NCBI GenBank assembly: GCA_035934535.1
Contig: DASYXS010000097.1
Coordinates: forward strand, 1,505 to 65,504
Direction of reading: 5' to 3'
DNA from: a bacterium
Lineage (GTDB): Bacteria; Sysuimicrobiota; Sysuimicrobiia; Sysuimicrobiales; Segetimicrobiaceae
DNA: 64,000 bases
A model generated the notes under the pieces. The model was not told the DNA's origin, ran no database searches, and worked only from the letters and a program-made list of their open reading frames with translations. Numbering within the stretch: the stretch's first letter is position 1; each line of letters begins with the position of its first letter. This document shows, one piece after another, positions 1 to 9,160 of this stretch. The position numbers were made by a program, and so were the translations under genes.

Positions 1-610
1 GCTCGGCGGGGCCCCGGTCGAGACCGACGCCTGGGGACTCGCCGCGGTGTCCACCGCGTCGCAGAAGTGTCTCGAGACCCCGCCCGGGCTCGCGCCGGTC
101 GCGATCACCAAGGCCGGCTGGGAGGTCATCGACCGGCAGCCCGCCTCGCACGGATGGTATCTGAACCTCCGCACGTGGCGCCGCTTTGAACGCGAGTGGG
201 GCGCGCACCATCCATATCCGGTAACCATCCCGAGCAACCTGATCCTGGCGCTCGACCGGGCCCTGCAGCTCATTCTCGACGAAGGGCTCGAGACGCGGTT
301 CGAACGGCACCGCCGCGCCCAGGCGGCGCTCCGCGAGGGGCTCGAGCGCATCGGCTTCCGGCTGTTCGTCGACGCGCGGTGGGCCTCGCCGACGGTGACC
401 GTCGCCTACCCGCCCGAGGGCGTCGACGCGAACGTGCTGATCCGCAACATGCGCACGCGCGGCCTTGCGATCGCCGGCGGCCTCGAGCAGCTGGCCGGCA
501 AGGTCATCCGGATCGGGCACCTCGGCACGCAGGCGCATCCCGAGCTGATGCGCCGGGTGGTGGACGCGCTCGAGGCGTGCCTGCGGGAAGGCGCGGCCGC
601 GAGGCGCTAG
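1..610 (+). CDS. Class V aminotransferase (serine-pyruvate / alanine-glyoxylate type), C-terminal portion; 5' end outside the window
   Basis: The frame is open from base 2, with no stop before the GTG at 47, so the ORF-track start is a window-edge artefact. The translation ...VSTASQKCLETPPGLAPV...VIRIGHLG... looks like the end of the large domain plus the small C-terminal domain of AGXT-family PLP enzymes. Stop TAG at 608-610. Confidence 0.8.
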   Translation, partial: LGGAPVETDAWGLAAVSTASQKCLETPPGLAPVAITKAGWEVIDRQPASHGWYLNLRTWRRFEREWGAHHPYPVTIPSNLILALDRALQLILDEGLETRFERHRRAQAALREGLERIGFRLFVDARWASPTVTVAYPPEGVDANVLIRNMRTRGLAIAGGLEQLAGKVIRIGHLGTQAHPELMRRVVDALEACLREGAAARR

Positions 611-727
611 CCCGCGCGGCTTCGCGACCTCAACTCCACGTGTCGCGCCGCGTCCATCTCCTGCATCCACTCCGCGACGAGAATCCGCGGCATGGGCGTG
701 GCACCTCGCTCGGCGGCGGGTCGACGC

Positions 728-1702
728 CTACTTGATGTGGTACGGGTCCACGGCGTCCCGCAGGCCGTCCCCGACGTAGTTGATGGCGATCACCGTCAGG
801 AAGATCATGAGCCCCGGATAGATCGCCGTCCACGGGGCGCTCGTCATCTGGTCCTGCGCGGCGTTCAGCATGTTGCCCCACGTCGGCGTCGGCGGCTGCA
901 CTCCGAACCCGAGAAAGCTCAACCCCGACTCCGTGATGATGGAGCTCGCCACCCGCAGCGTCGCCGCGACGATGATCGGGCCGAGGCTGTTCGGCAGCAC
1001 GTGGCGCGCGATGATCCGGGCGTTCCGGACCCCCAGCCCGCGCGCCGCCTCCACGAAGGTCGCCTCGCGCAGCGACAGAAAGGTGGCGCGCACGAGCCGC
1101 GCCACCGGCATCCACGAGGTGACCGCGATCACGAGCACGATCGGCAGCACGCTGCCCGCGCCGCCGCGCAGCATCGGGAGCGCCAGATTGCGCAGCACCA
1201 GCGCGAGCACGATCAGCACGAACAGCTGCGGGAACGACAGCACGAGGTCGGTGAACCGCATCAGCACGTTGTCGACCCACCCGCGGTAAAATCCGGCGAA
1301 CGCCCCGACCGCGGTCCCCAGCGTGACCGCGAGCGCCATCGCCGCCACGCCGATCGTCAGCGAGACCCGGCCGCCGTACAGGACGCGGGTGAGCAGGTCC
1401 CGGCCGAGGTCGTCCGTGCCCATCGGGTGCGCCCAGGTGGGCGCCGCCAGCCGGTGATCCAGGTCGGAGGACTGCGGGTCATACGGCGAGGCCAGGCGCG
1501 GCGCCGCCGACGCGAGCGCAAAGACGGCGAGGATCGCGAGCCCCGCGAGCGCCATCCGGTGTCGCCGGAAGCTGTCCCATGCCAGGCGCGCCGCGGTGCG
1601 GTGGCGGCGCCGGTCCCCCGCCCCGCCGGTCCGTGCCGCTGCCGGGTCCAGCGCGACGGCCGGATTTGATTTCATGGTGGCCGGCGGCGGGTCCGTCGGC
1701 AC
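728..1702 (-). CDS. ABC peptide/opine-type transporter permease (DppC/OppC family)
   Basis: Polytopic hydrophobic protein with the binding-protein-dependent EAA loop (FVEAARGLGVRNARIIARHVLPN). The track start is a GTG at 1702, 10 nt after the upstream stop. An in-frame ATG at 1675 (MKSNPAV) is an alternative start. Confidence 0.88.
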   Translation of the reverse strand: MPTDPPPATMKSNPAVALDPAAARTGGAGDRRRHRTAARLAWDSFRRHRMALAGLAILAVFALASAAPRLASPYDPQSSDLDHRLAAPTWAHPMGTDDLGRDLLTRVLYGGRVSLTIGVAAMALAVTLGTAVGAFAGFYRGWVDNVLMRFTDLVLSFPQLFVLIVLALVLRNLALPMLRGGAGSVLPIVLVIAVTSWMPVARLVRATFLSLREATFVEAARGLGVRNARIIARHVLPNSLGPIIVAATLRVASSIITESGLSFLGFGVQPPTPTWGNMLNAAQDQMTSAPWTAIYPGLMIFLTVIAINYVGDGLRDAVDPYHIK

Positions 1703-1712
1703 GGCCGGCTCA

Positions 1713-2687
1713 TCAGCCGTACCTGATCCGGGGATCGAGGTAGGCGTAGCCGACGTCCGCGGCCAGGTTCGAGAGCACGATGAGCATCGCCGTGATCATC
1801 ACGATGCTCATCAAGAGCGCGTAGTCGAACCGCAGCGCGGAATCGTAGAACAGCCGGCCCATCCCCGGCCAGCTGAAGATCGTCTCGGTGAACAGCGCCC
1901 CGCCGAACAAGACCGGCAGATCGAGCGCGATAATGGTGACGACGGGCAGCGCCGCGTTCTTCAGCGCGTGGCCCCAGACCACGCGCCGGCCGCTCGCCCC
2001 CTTCGAGCGCGCGGTCCGGATGTAGTCCGCGTGCAGCACCTCGATCATGCTGGCGCGCACGTACCGGACGATCGCCGCGCAGTTGGCGAGCGTCAGCATC
2101 GCGACCGGCAGGATGAGGTGCTGGATCCGATCGCCGAGCGAAAACGGCTCGCCGATCGTGTACATGCCGCCCGCCGGCAGGAGCGGCAGCCCGCTCAGCG
2201 GGTTGCGGAGGGTGACGTGGAACGCGATGATCAGGATCAGCCCGAACCAGAAGATCGGGATCGACTGGCCCATGAACGCGACCGTCGTGGTCGCGTGGTC
2301 GAACACCGAGTACTGCCGCACCGCCGACAGCGTGCCGGCCGGGATCGCGATCGCCAGCGTGACCAGGTACTGGATGCCGATCAGGTACAGCGTGTTGGGA
2401 AACCGCTCGCCGATCTCCACCAGCACCGGCCGCTTGGTGACGAGGGAATAGCCCCAGTCGCCGTGGGCGACGGCCCCCAGCCACCGCAGGTAGCGGACGT
2501 GAATCGGCTGGTTGAGGCCGAGCTCCGCCTCGATCCGCGCGATATCCTCGGACGAGAGCCGCGGGTTGTTCTCATAGGCGGCGGTCGGGCCGCCCGGCAC
2601 GATGTTGATCAGAAAGAACACCGCGACGCTCACGAGGAGCAGCAGCGGCACCGCCTGCAGCAGGCGCCGGGCCAGGTAGCGGATCAT
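1713..2687 (-). CDS. ABC peptide/opine-type transporter permease (DppB/OppB family)
   Basis: The track ORF runs to 2888, but its first 67 aa are Arg/Thr/Ser-rich and overlap the SBP gene. The family-typical N-terminus MIRYLARRLLQAVPLLLL starts at ATG 2685-2687. It contains YIRTARSKGASGRRVVWGHALKNAALPVVT. Confidence 0.9.
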   Translation of the reverse strand: MIRYLARRLLQAVPLLLLVSVAVFFLINIVPGGPTAAYENNPRLSSEDIARIEAELGLNQPIHVRYLRWLGAVAHGDWGYSLVTKRPVLVEIGERFPNTLYLIGIQYLVTLAIAIPAGTLSAVRQYSVFDHATTTVAFMGQSIPIFWFGLILIIAFHVTLRNPLSGLPLLPAGGMYTIGEPFSLGDRIQHLILPVAMLTLANCAAIVRYVRASMIEVLHADYIRTARSKGASGRRVVWGHALKNAALPVVTIIALDLPVLFGGALFTETIFSWPGMGRLFYDSALRFDYALLMSIVMITAMLIVLSNLAADVGYAYLDPRIRYG

Positions 2688-2709
2688 GCAATCGGCGCCG
2701 GACGCGGCC

Positions 2710-4407
2710 CTATCGCGCCACCGACCAGGCCTGCGCGTTCCAGGCGAGGTTTTCCCAGACGTTCGTGACCCAGCCCTGCAGCCGGTCGCGGTACGCGCTG
2801 ATCGTGCTGCGGCTGTAGAGGTAGACGTGCGGCCGGTCCGCGACGATCTGATGCATCGCGTCGCAGTAGGCCGCGCGCCGGACCCCAAGATCCGCCGACG
2901 AAGCGGCCTTCTTCACGTCCGCGTCCAGCTGCGGGCTCGCATAGCGTGCGTAGTTGAAGCCGTCGCCGGCGTTCTGCGCCGTCGGCATCTTCCACGAGGC
3001 GAAGTAGCCCTCCACCTGCGACTGCGGGTCCACGTCGGGGTTCGTCGTGTACATCACGACGTCGAAATGCCCGTGCTTGCGGAACGCGCCGCTCGCCCAC
3101 GACCCGAACAGCACCGGCGACGGGACGTTCTCGATGTAGAACTCGAGGCCGATCGCCCGCATGTACTCGATGATCAGCTGCTCGGCCTCTTCGCGGAGCT
3201 TGTTGCCGGTCGTCGTCTGCAGCTTCAGGCGGAGCCGCGTGCCGTCCTTCGCGTAGCGCGCGCCCTTCGCGACGCGGATGCCGTCCGGACCCGGGATCCA
3301 GCCGGCCTCTTGTAGCAGCGCCCGCGCCCGCGCCGGATTGTACGTGCTGATCGGCGTGTCGCACTCCGCCCAGCCGAGGTGCAGCTCGTTGGTCCCGACG
3401 GTCGCGAGCCCGTAGAGCAGCTTGCTCGTGATCTCACGCTTGTTGATGCCGAGCTCGATCGCCTCGCGCACGCGCGGGTCGCCGAGGATCGGGTGCGGAT
3501 GCTGCTTCACCGCGGCGGCGTCCGGGCCGTCGAGGGACGGGTCGGCGAAATTGAGCACCAGACGCTCGGCGCCGGGGCCGGGCGCAGAACTGATCTTCAC
3601 GCCCGCGGCACTTTTGAGCTCCGGGACGTCCGATTCGATCAGGTCCCAGACGACGTCGACGTCGCCCGTCTTGATCAACTGCTTGCCGACTTCCCGGCTC
3701 GGCACGACGCGAATGATCACGCGGTCGAGGTAGGGCTGGTCTTTGACGCGATAATTCGGGTTGCGGACCAGCGTGATGTGGTCTCCGGACGCCCACTCCG
3801 TGACCATGAACGGCCCGGTGCCGACCGGCTTGCGGTTGTACGGCCACTTCGTCATGTTGGCGGGGTCGCCGGTGGCGTGCCGCGGCAGAATGCCGCCGAA
3901 GCGCGAGAGAAACGGCGCGTACAGCTGCTTGTACCGCACGACCACGGTCTGCGGATTGGGACAGTCGACGCTCTGGATCTGGTCGTAGCCGCTGGTGTAG
4001 ATCGCGCCGCTCTTCGGGGTGGTGAGCACCTGCCACGTGAACTTGACGTCGTCGCAGGTCATCGGCTGCCCGTCGGACCACAGGACGCCGGGCCGCAGAT
4101 GGTAGGTGATCGTCTTCCCGTCCGGCGAGACGCCGCCGTTCTTCTGGTCCGGGACTTCGGCGGCGAGCTGCGGAATATACTTGCCGTCTGGCCCGACCCG
4201 CAGCAGCCCCTCGACCGTGAGGATCGTCACCTCGAAGGCGGCGGTCTGCGACGCGATCAGCGGGTTGAGGAGCTCCGGCTCCTGATAGAGCGCGATCGTA
4301 ACCGACCCGCCCCGCCGCGGCTGCTGCGATACGGCCGGCTGCGCGAGCAGCGCCACGACCCCCGCGAGGACCGGCCATGCAAGAACTGAGATGCTCCAGC
4401 GTCTCAT
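2710..4407 (-). CDS. ABC transporter substrate-binding protein, family 5 (DppA/OppA-like)
   Basis: 565 aa with an ATG start preceded by GGGGGGGGTGA and an N-terminal signal peptide MRRWSISVLAWPVLAGVVALLAQPAVS. Length and composition are typical of family-5 SBPs. It sits directly upstream of the two permease genes. Confidence 0.9.
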   Translation of the reverse strand: MRRWSISVLAWPVLAGVVALLAQPAVSQQPRRGGSVTIALYQEPELLNPLIASQTAAFEVTILTVEGLLRVGPDGKYIPQLAAEVPDQKNGGVSPDGKTITYHLRPGVLWSDGQPMTCDDVKFTWQVLTTPKSGAIYTSGYDQIQSVDCPNPQTVVVRYKQLYAPFLSRFGGILPRHATGDPANMTKWPYNRKPVGTGPFMVTEWASGDHITLVRNPNYRVKDQPYLDRVIIRVVPSREVGKQLIKTGDVDVVWDLIESDVPELKSAAGVKISSAPGPGAERLVLNFADPSLDGPDAAAVKQHPHPILGDPRVREAIELGINKREITSKLLYGLATVGTNELHLGWAECDTPISTYNPARARALLQEAGWIPGPDGIRVAKGARYAKDGTRLRLKLQTTTGNKLREEAEQLIIEYMRAIGLEFYIENVPSPVLFGSWASGAFRKHGHFDVVMYTTNPDVDPQSQVEGYFASWKMPTAQNAGDGFNYARYASPQLDADVKKAASSADLGVRRAAYCDAMHQIVADRPHVYLYSRSTISAYRDRLQGWVTNVWENLAWNAQAWSVAR

Positions 4408-4506
4408 CCGAACGTCACCCCCCCCGAAAAGTGGAGGTTCGCGTTCGGTGCGGCGGGGGTGTTTCCTTCAGATCGGCCGCGGCGGCGGCACCGGTGTCCC
4501 GGCACC

Positions 4507-5475
4507 TTACGGAATGAGCAGCACCTTCCCGGCGGTGCCGCGGCTCGAGAGCGCCTTGTGCGCCTCGGCCGCCTTGGCCAAGGGGAACGTTCGGTCGATC
4601 CGGACTTTGAGCCGGCCTCCGGCGATCCACCCCAGCACGTCGCCCGCGCGCTTTGCGTACTCTTCACGCGTTAGGATGTAGTCGCGCATCGTCGGCCGTG
4701 TCAGGAACAGCGAGCCCTTCTGGTTGAGCGTCTGAATGTCGACCGGCGCGACGGACCCGCTCGACTGGCCGAACGCGACGAGGTAGCCGCGGGGAGCGAG
4801 ACAGTTCATGCTCTTGTCGAACGTGGTCCTGCCGACGGAATCGTAGACGACCTGCACGCCGCGCCCGCCCGTGATGCGCTTCGTCTCCGCCTCGAAGTCC
4901 TGCTGCTCATAGAGGATCACGTGGTCCGCGCCGGCGCCGCGCGCGAGCGCCGCCTTTGCCTCGGTCGAGACGGTACCGATGATCTTGGCCCCGCGCATCT
5001 TCGCCATCTGCGTGAGCAGCAGGCCGACGCCCCCGGCCGCGGCATGAAGCAGCGCGGTGTCCGCCGGTCCCAGGGGGTACGTCGAATGCGTCAGGTAGTG
5101 CGCCGTGATGCCCTGAAGCATCGCCGCGGCCCCGGTCTTCGTGTCGACACCGGCGGGCAGCTTCACCAGGCGCGCCGCCGGCACCACCGCGTGCGTCGCG
5201 TACGAACCGAGCACGCCGGTGTAGGCCACGCGGTCGCCGGGCTTCACGTCCGCGACCTCGCGGCCGACCGACTCGACCACTCCGGCGCCCTCGCTCCCGG
5301 CCGTGAACGGCAGCGCCATCTTGTAGACGCCTTCGCGCTGATAGATGTCGACAAAGTTGACGCCGGCCGCCTCGATCCGGATGAGGGCGTCCGCCGGACC
5401 GGGCGCCGGCGCCGGCAATTCCTCGAACCGGAGGACCTCCGGCCCTCCGGACTGGTGCACGCGGACGGCGTTCAT
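4507..5475 (-). CDS. NADPH:quinone oxidoreductase / zinc-type alcohol dehydrogenase family (Qor-like)
   Basis: 322 aa with an MDR fold: PGDRVAY..., the nucleotide-binding motif AAAGGVGLLLTQMAKMRGAKIIGT, and a C-terminal ...AHKALSSRGTAGKVLLIP typical of zeta-crystallin-like quinone reductases. Confidence 0.88.
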   Translation of the reverse strand: MNAVRVHQSGGPEVLRFEELPAPAPGPADALIRIEAAGVNFVDIYQREGVYKMALPFTAGSEGAGVVESVGREVADVKPGDRVAYTGVLGSYATHAVVPAARLVKLPAGVDTKTGAAAMLQGITAHYLTHSTYPLGPADTALLHAAAGGVGLLLTQMAKMRGAKIIGTVSTEAKAALARGAGADHVILYEQQDFEAETKRITGGRGVQVVYDSVGRTTFDKSMNCLAPRGYLVAFGQSSGSVAPVDIQTLNQKGSLFLTRPTMRDYILTREEYAKRAGDVLGWIAGGRLKVRIDRTFPLAKAAEAHKALSSRGTAGKVLLIP

Positions 5476-5511
5476 GGGCGTCGCTCCTCGCTCACGTCGT
5501 CGCCGTATCCG

Positions 5512-6933
5512 CTACGACAGGTGGAACACGACCATCTTGAGCTCGGTCATCTCCTGGACCGCGTACTTGGGACCTTCCTTCCCGAAGCCGCTTTCCTTGA
5601 GGCCGCCGTACGGCATGAGATCGACCCGCCACTGCGGGCCCCAGTTGATGTGGATGTTGCCGGACTCGACCTCGCGGGCGAACTTCATGGCCCAATTGAC
5701 GTTCTGCGTGAACACGCCCGCCGAGAGCCCGTAGTTGCTGTCGTTCGCCAGCGCGATCGCGTCGTCGATGGTGTCGGCCGGCGTCACACCGACCGCGGGA
5801 CCGAACAGCTCGCTGCGGGAGACGCGCATCTCGGGCTTCACGTCGGCGAGAATCGTCGGCGCGTACACGGCGCCCTGCCGTTCGCCGCCCGTCACAAGGC
5901 GCGCGCCTCCGGCGACCGCCTCGTTAACCCATGATTCGACGCGCTTCGCGTCGGACTCGCGGACCATCGGCCCCATCTTCACGCCTTCCGAGAGCGGGTT
6001 GCCGGTGCTGATCGCCGACACCTTCGCCTTGAGCGCGTTGAGGAAGTCGCCGTAGATCGCCTTGTGCGAAATCACGCGCTGCGTGCTGATGCAGACCTGG
6101 CCGGCGTTGGCGTACCCGGTCGCGGCGATCGCCGCGGCCACCTTGTCGAGGTCGGCGTCGGGCATGACGATCGCCGGGGCGTTGCTGCCGAGCTCCATCG
6201 TCACCTTCTTGAGCCCGGCGGTCTTGCAGATCCGCTCGCCGACGTCGCGGCTGCCGGTGAAGGTAATCTTGCGCACGCGCGGATCGGCGACGAGCGTGTC
6301 GCCGATCTCGCCGCCGCTGCCGGTGAGGCACTGGATCCCCTCCGCCGGGACGCCTGCGTCGAGCAGCACCTGCGTCAGCTTGAGCGCGGAGAGCGGCGTG
6401 TCGGTCGCGGGCTTCAAGATGACGGCGTTGCCGCCGGCGAGCGCGGGTCCCACCTTGTGCGTGACCAGGTGCAGCGGGAAATTGAACGGGCTGATGCCGA
6501 CGACCACGCCGCACGGCACGCGCAGCGTGAAGCCCATCTGCGAGGCGGAGGTCACGCCGGGCGCGCCGTCGAGCGGCACCACTTCGCCGCCGAGCCGCTT
6601 CGCCTCTTCCGCGGAGAGCACGAGGATCTCCGTCGCACGCGCGACCTCGATCCGCGACTCGGCGAGAATCTTCCCTTCCTCGAGGGTGATCGTCTTGGCG
6701 AAGTCTTCGGTGCGCGCCGCCAGGAGCTCCGCGGCTTTCTTGAGGATCTGCGCCCGCTGGTAGCCGCTGAGCGCCCGCATCGCCTTGGCCCCGCGCACCG
6801 CGGTCTGCAGGGCGCGCTCGACGTCGTCGGCGTCGCCCTTCGGGACGGTATCGACCGTCGAGCCGTCAAACGGGTTGGTGACGGGGATCGTCTGCCGCTT
6901 GTCGATCCATTCCGTGCCGACGTACATCTTCAT
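5512..6933 (-). CDS. NAD(P)-dependent aldehyde dehydrogenase
   Basis: 473 aa with an ATG start preceded by GGAGGA. ALDH hallmarks are FTGSRDVG, ELGSNAPAIV and the catalytic Cys context NAGQVCISTQRV. Confidence 0.92.
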   Translation of the reverse strand: MKMYVGTEWIDKRQTIPVTNPFDGSTVDTVPKGDADDVERALQTAVRGAKAMRALSGYQRAQILKKAAELLAARTEDFAKTITLEEGKILAESRIEVARATEILVLSAEEAKRLGGEVVPLDGAPGVTSASQMGFTLRVPCGVVVGISPFNFPLHLVTHKVGPALAGGNAVILKPATDTPLSALKLTQVLLDAGVPAEGIQCLTGSGGEIGDTLVADPRVRKITFTGSRDVGERICKTAGLKKVTMELGSNAPAIVMPDADLDKVAAAIAATGYANAGQVCISTQRVISHKAIYGDFLNALKAKVSAISTGNPLSEGVKMGPMVRESDAKRVESWVNEAVAGGARLVTGGERQGAVYAPTILADVKPEMRVSRSELFGPAVGVTPADTIDDAIALANDSNYGLSAGVFTQNVNWAMKFAREVESGNIHINWGPQWRVDLMPYGGLKESGFGKEGPKYAVQEMTELKMVVFHLS

Positions 6934-6967
6934 GGCCGTCCTCCTGAGACTCGTCGGTAACTGCCCG

Positions 6968-7642
6968 CTACGGGATGTCTTCCCGGCCGTGATCCACGTG
7001 TTCCTTGTAGAACAGGAGCACGGTCGCCCGGTCGTACGAGTCCATCTGCAGCCGCCGGTCCCACGCCAGTACGGCGTAGGGATGCGGCATGTCGGGATAG
7101 GACACGATCAAGAGCTTGACGTTGCCGTACTTGCTCTTCGGAAATTCTTTCAGCATCCGGTCGAACTCCGCGAGGCGCTCCGCCGCCGCGGGCGGCTTGT
7201 AGAGCAGGACGATGTAGCCGTGCTCGAGGCTGTGCACCCAAAAGCCGGTCTGCAGGCCGTTCGGGTAGACTCCGGCCGGCGCGGGAAACGGATAGTGCGG
7301 GCCTGACGCCGGCGGGTTGGCCTTGTAGTGGATCTGCGAACCCACCGCGACGTGCTCGAAGCCCTCGTCGGGAAGGAGCTGGCCGAGCATCGCGCCGGCC
7401 GGTGCCTGCGCGCGAGACGGCTGCGACGCCGCGTACCACACGCCGCCCGCGGCGACGATCAGCACCACCACGCCCGCGATCCACCACGCGGACGACCGCC
7501 GCGGCGGCGCGGGACTCGTGGCGCCGGCTTCCGGCTGGCCGGCGGAGCGCCGGCCGGCGCGGGAGGCTTCGGCGATGGCGGCGCGGCGCTCGGCGCGCGA
7601 GAGATGCGTCGGATTCTGCGACAGATTCGTCACTCTCCTCAT
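6968..7642 (-). CDS. DUF3105 domain protein, membrane-anchored
   Basis: 224 aa with one N-terminal TM helix (WWIAGVVVLIVAAGGVWYAA). It then has the DUF3105-like block YKANPPASGPHY...WVHSLEHGYIVLLYKP. Confidence 0.7.
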   Translation of the reverse strand: MRRVTNLSQNPTHLSRAERRAAIAEASRAGRRSAGQPEAGATSPAPPRRSSAWWIAGVVVLIVAAGGVWYAASQPSRAQAPAGAMLGQLLPDEGFEHVAVGSQIHYKANPPASGPHYPFPAPAGVYPNGLQTGFWVHSLEHGYIVLLYKPPAAAERLAEFDRMLKEFPKSKYGNVKLLIVSYPDMPHPYAVLAWDRRLQMDSYDRATVLLFYKEHVDHGREDIP

Positions 7643-7697
7643 AGAAAGCGGCGTCGGTGAGAAGCGGTGCCCCTCAATCTTACTACGCGGCGGCCGT

Positions 7698-8420
7698 CTA
7701 CGGCGCGGCGGCGCCGCGTTCGATGCCGAGATAAATCCGTTCGACCTGGGGATCGTGCCGGAGGTCCGCGGCGCGGCCCTCCAGCACCGTCCGGCCCGTC
7801 TGCAGCACGTATGCGTAGTCGGCGATCTCGAGCGCGAGCGGCACCGACTGCTCGGCCAGCAGCAGCGTGAGGCCCTCGCCGTGGAGGCGCCGCAGCGTCT
7901 CGTACAGGGCTTCGACCACCGTCGGCGCGAGCCCGAGGCTGGGCTCGTCGAGCAGGAGCAGCTTGGGATCGCTCATCAGCGCGCGGCCGAGCGCCAGCAT
8001 CTGCCGCTCGCCGCCGCTCAGCGTGCCGGCGCGCTGCCGGGCGCGCTCGCGCAGCCGCGGGAACAGCGTGTAGACGCGGTCGAGGAGCGCCGGCACCCGC
8101 GCGCGGGGGAGCGGAACCGCGCCGAGTTTCAAGTTCTGCTCGACGGTCTGCTTCGTGAACAGCCGCCAGCCCTCGGGGGAGAGAGCGAGCCCGCGGCGCA
8201 CGATCGCCGTGGCGCCGAGCCGCTCGATGCGCGCGCCGTTCCAGGTGATCGTTCCGCGGCTCGGCGCCACGAGCCCCGTCACCGCGTTGAGCGTCGAGGT
8301 CTTGCCGGCGCCGTTCGAGCCGAGCAGCGCGACGACCGATCCCTCCGGCACCTGAAACGAGACGTCGACGACGCCCGCGAGATCCCCGTAGCGCACCTCG
8401 AGGTGCTCGACGGTCAGCAT
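7698..8420 (-). CDS. livF: Branched-chain amino acid ABC transporter ATP-binding protein LivF
   Basis: 240 aa with Walker A GSNGAGKTS, signature LSGGERQML and Walker B LLLLDEPS. It is the last gene of the liv-type operon and overlaps livG by 7 nt. Confidence 0.9.
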   Translation of the reverse strand: MLTVEHLEVRYGDLAGVVDVSFQVPEGSVVALLGSNGAGKTSTLNAVTGLVAPSRGTITWNGARIERLGATAIVRRGLALSPEGWRLFTKQTVEQNLKLGAVPLPRARVPALLDRVYTLFPRLRERARQRAGTLSGGERQMLALGRALMSDPKLLLLDEPSLGLAPTVVEALYETLRRLHGEGLTLLLAEQSVPLALEIADYAYVLQTGRTVLEGRAADLRHDPQVERIYLGIERGAAAP

Positions 8421-9160
8421 GCCCCGGCGCCGGCCGGCCCGCGGGGCGTGAGGCTGCGGCCGAGGTAGGCTTCGACGACCTCGGGCAGGTCGACCACCGC
8501 GTCCGGGGCGCCGGAGGCGATGACCTCGCCGTGGTTCAGCACGATGATCCGCTGCGCGAGCGCCAGGATCACTTCCATCACATGTTCGACGATCACGAGC
8601 GTCACCCCGCGCCGGTGAATCTCGCGGACCAGCTCAATCGCCCGCTGAATCTCGGCGGGCGTGAGCCCGGCGAGGGCCTCGTCGAGGAGCAGGAGCCGCG
8701 GCTCGGTGGCGAGGGCCCGCGCGATCTCGAGGCGCTTGCGGCCCGGCGTGCCGAGCGTCGCCGCCCGCAGATGGGCCACGCCGGCCAGCCCCGCGAAGTC
8801 GAGCACGCGCGTCGCGGCGGCGCGCGCCTCGGCCGCGTGGGGGTGGCGGAGGAACGCGCCGACCATGACGTTGTCGAGTATCGTCACATCGGTGAACGTG
8901 GCCGGGATCTGGAACGTGCGGGCCATGCCCATCCGCGCGTGGGCCTCGGGTGTCGCCGTGGTGACGTCGGCGCCGTCGAACCGGACCCGTCCCGCGGTCG
9001 GGCTCGCCTCCCCCGCCAGGCAGTTGAACAGCGTCGACTTGCCCGCGCCGTTCGGGCCGATGATCCCGACGATCTCGCCCGCGGCGACTTCGAAATTGAC
9101 GCCGCGCACGGCCAGGAAGCCGTCGAACGCCTTGGAGACGGCTTGGGCCTCAAGCAGCAT
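8414..9160 (-). CDS. livG: Branched-chain amino acid ABC transporter ATP-binding protein LivG
   Basis: 248 aa with Walker A GPNGAGKST, a LivG-type N-terminus (MLLEAQAVSKAFDGFLAVRGVNFEV) and the C-terminal branched-chain-type extension. Confidence 0.9.
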   Translation of the reverse strand: MLLEAQAVSKAFDGFLAVRGVNFEVAAGEIVGIIGPNGAGKSTLFNCLAGEASPTAGRVRFDGADVTTATPEAHARMGMARTFQIPATFTDVTILDNVMVGAFLRHPHAAEARAAATRVLDFAGLAGVAHLRAATLGTPGRKRLEIARALATEPRLLLLDEALAGLTPAEIQRAIELVREIHRRGVTLVIVEHVMEVILALAQRIIVLNHGEVIASGAPDAVVDLPEVVEAYLGRSLTPRGPAGAGAC

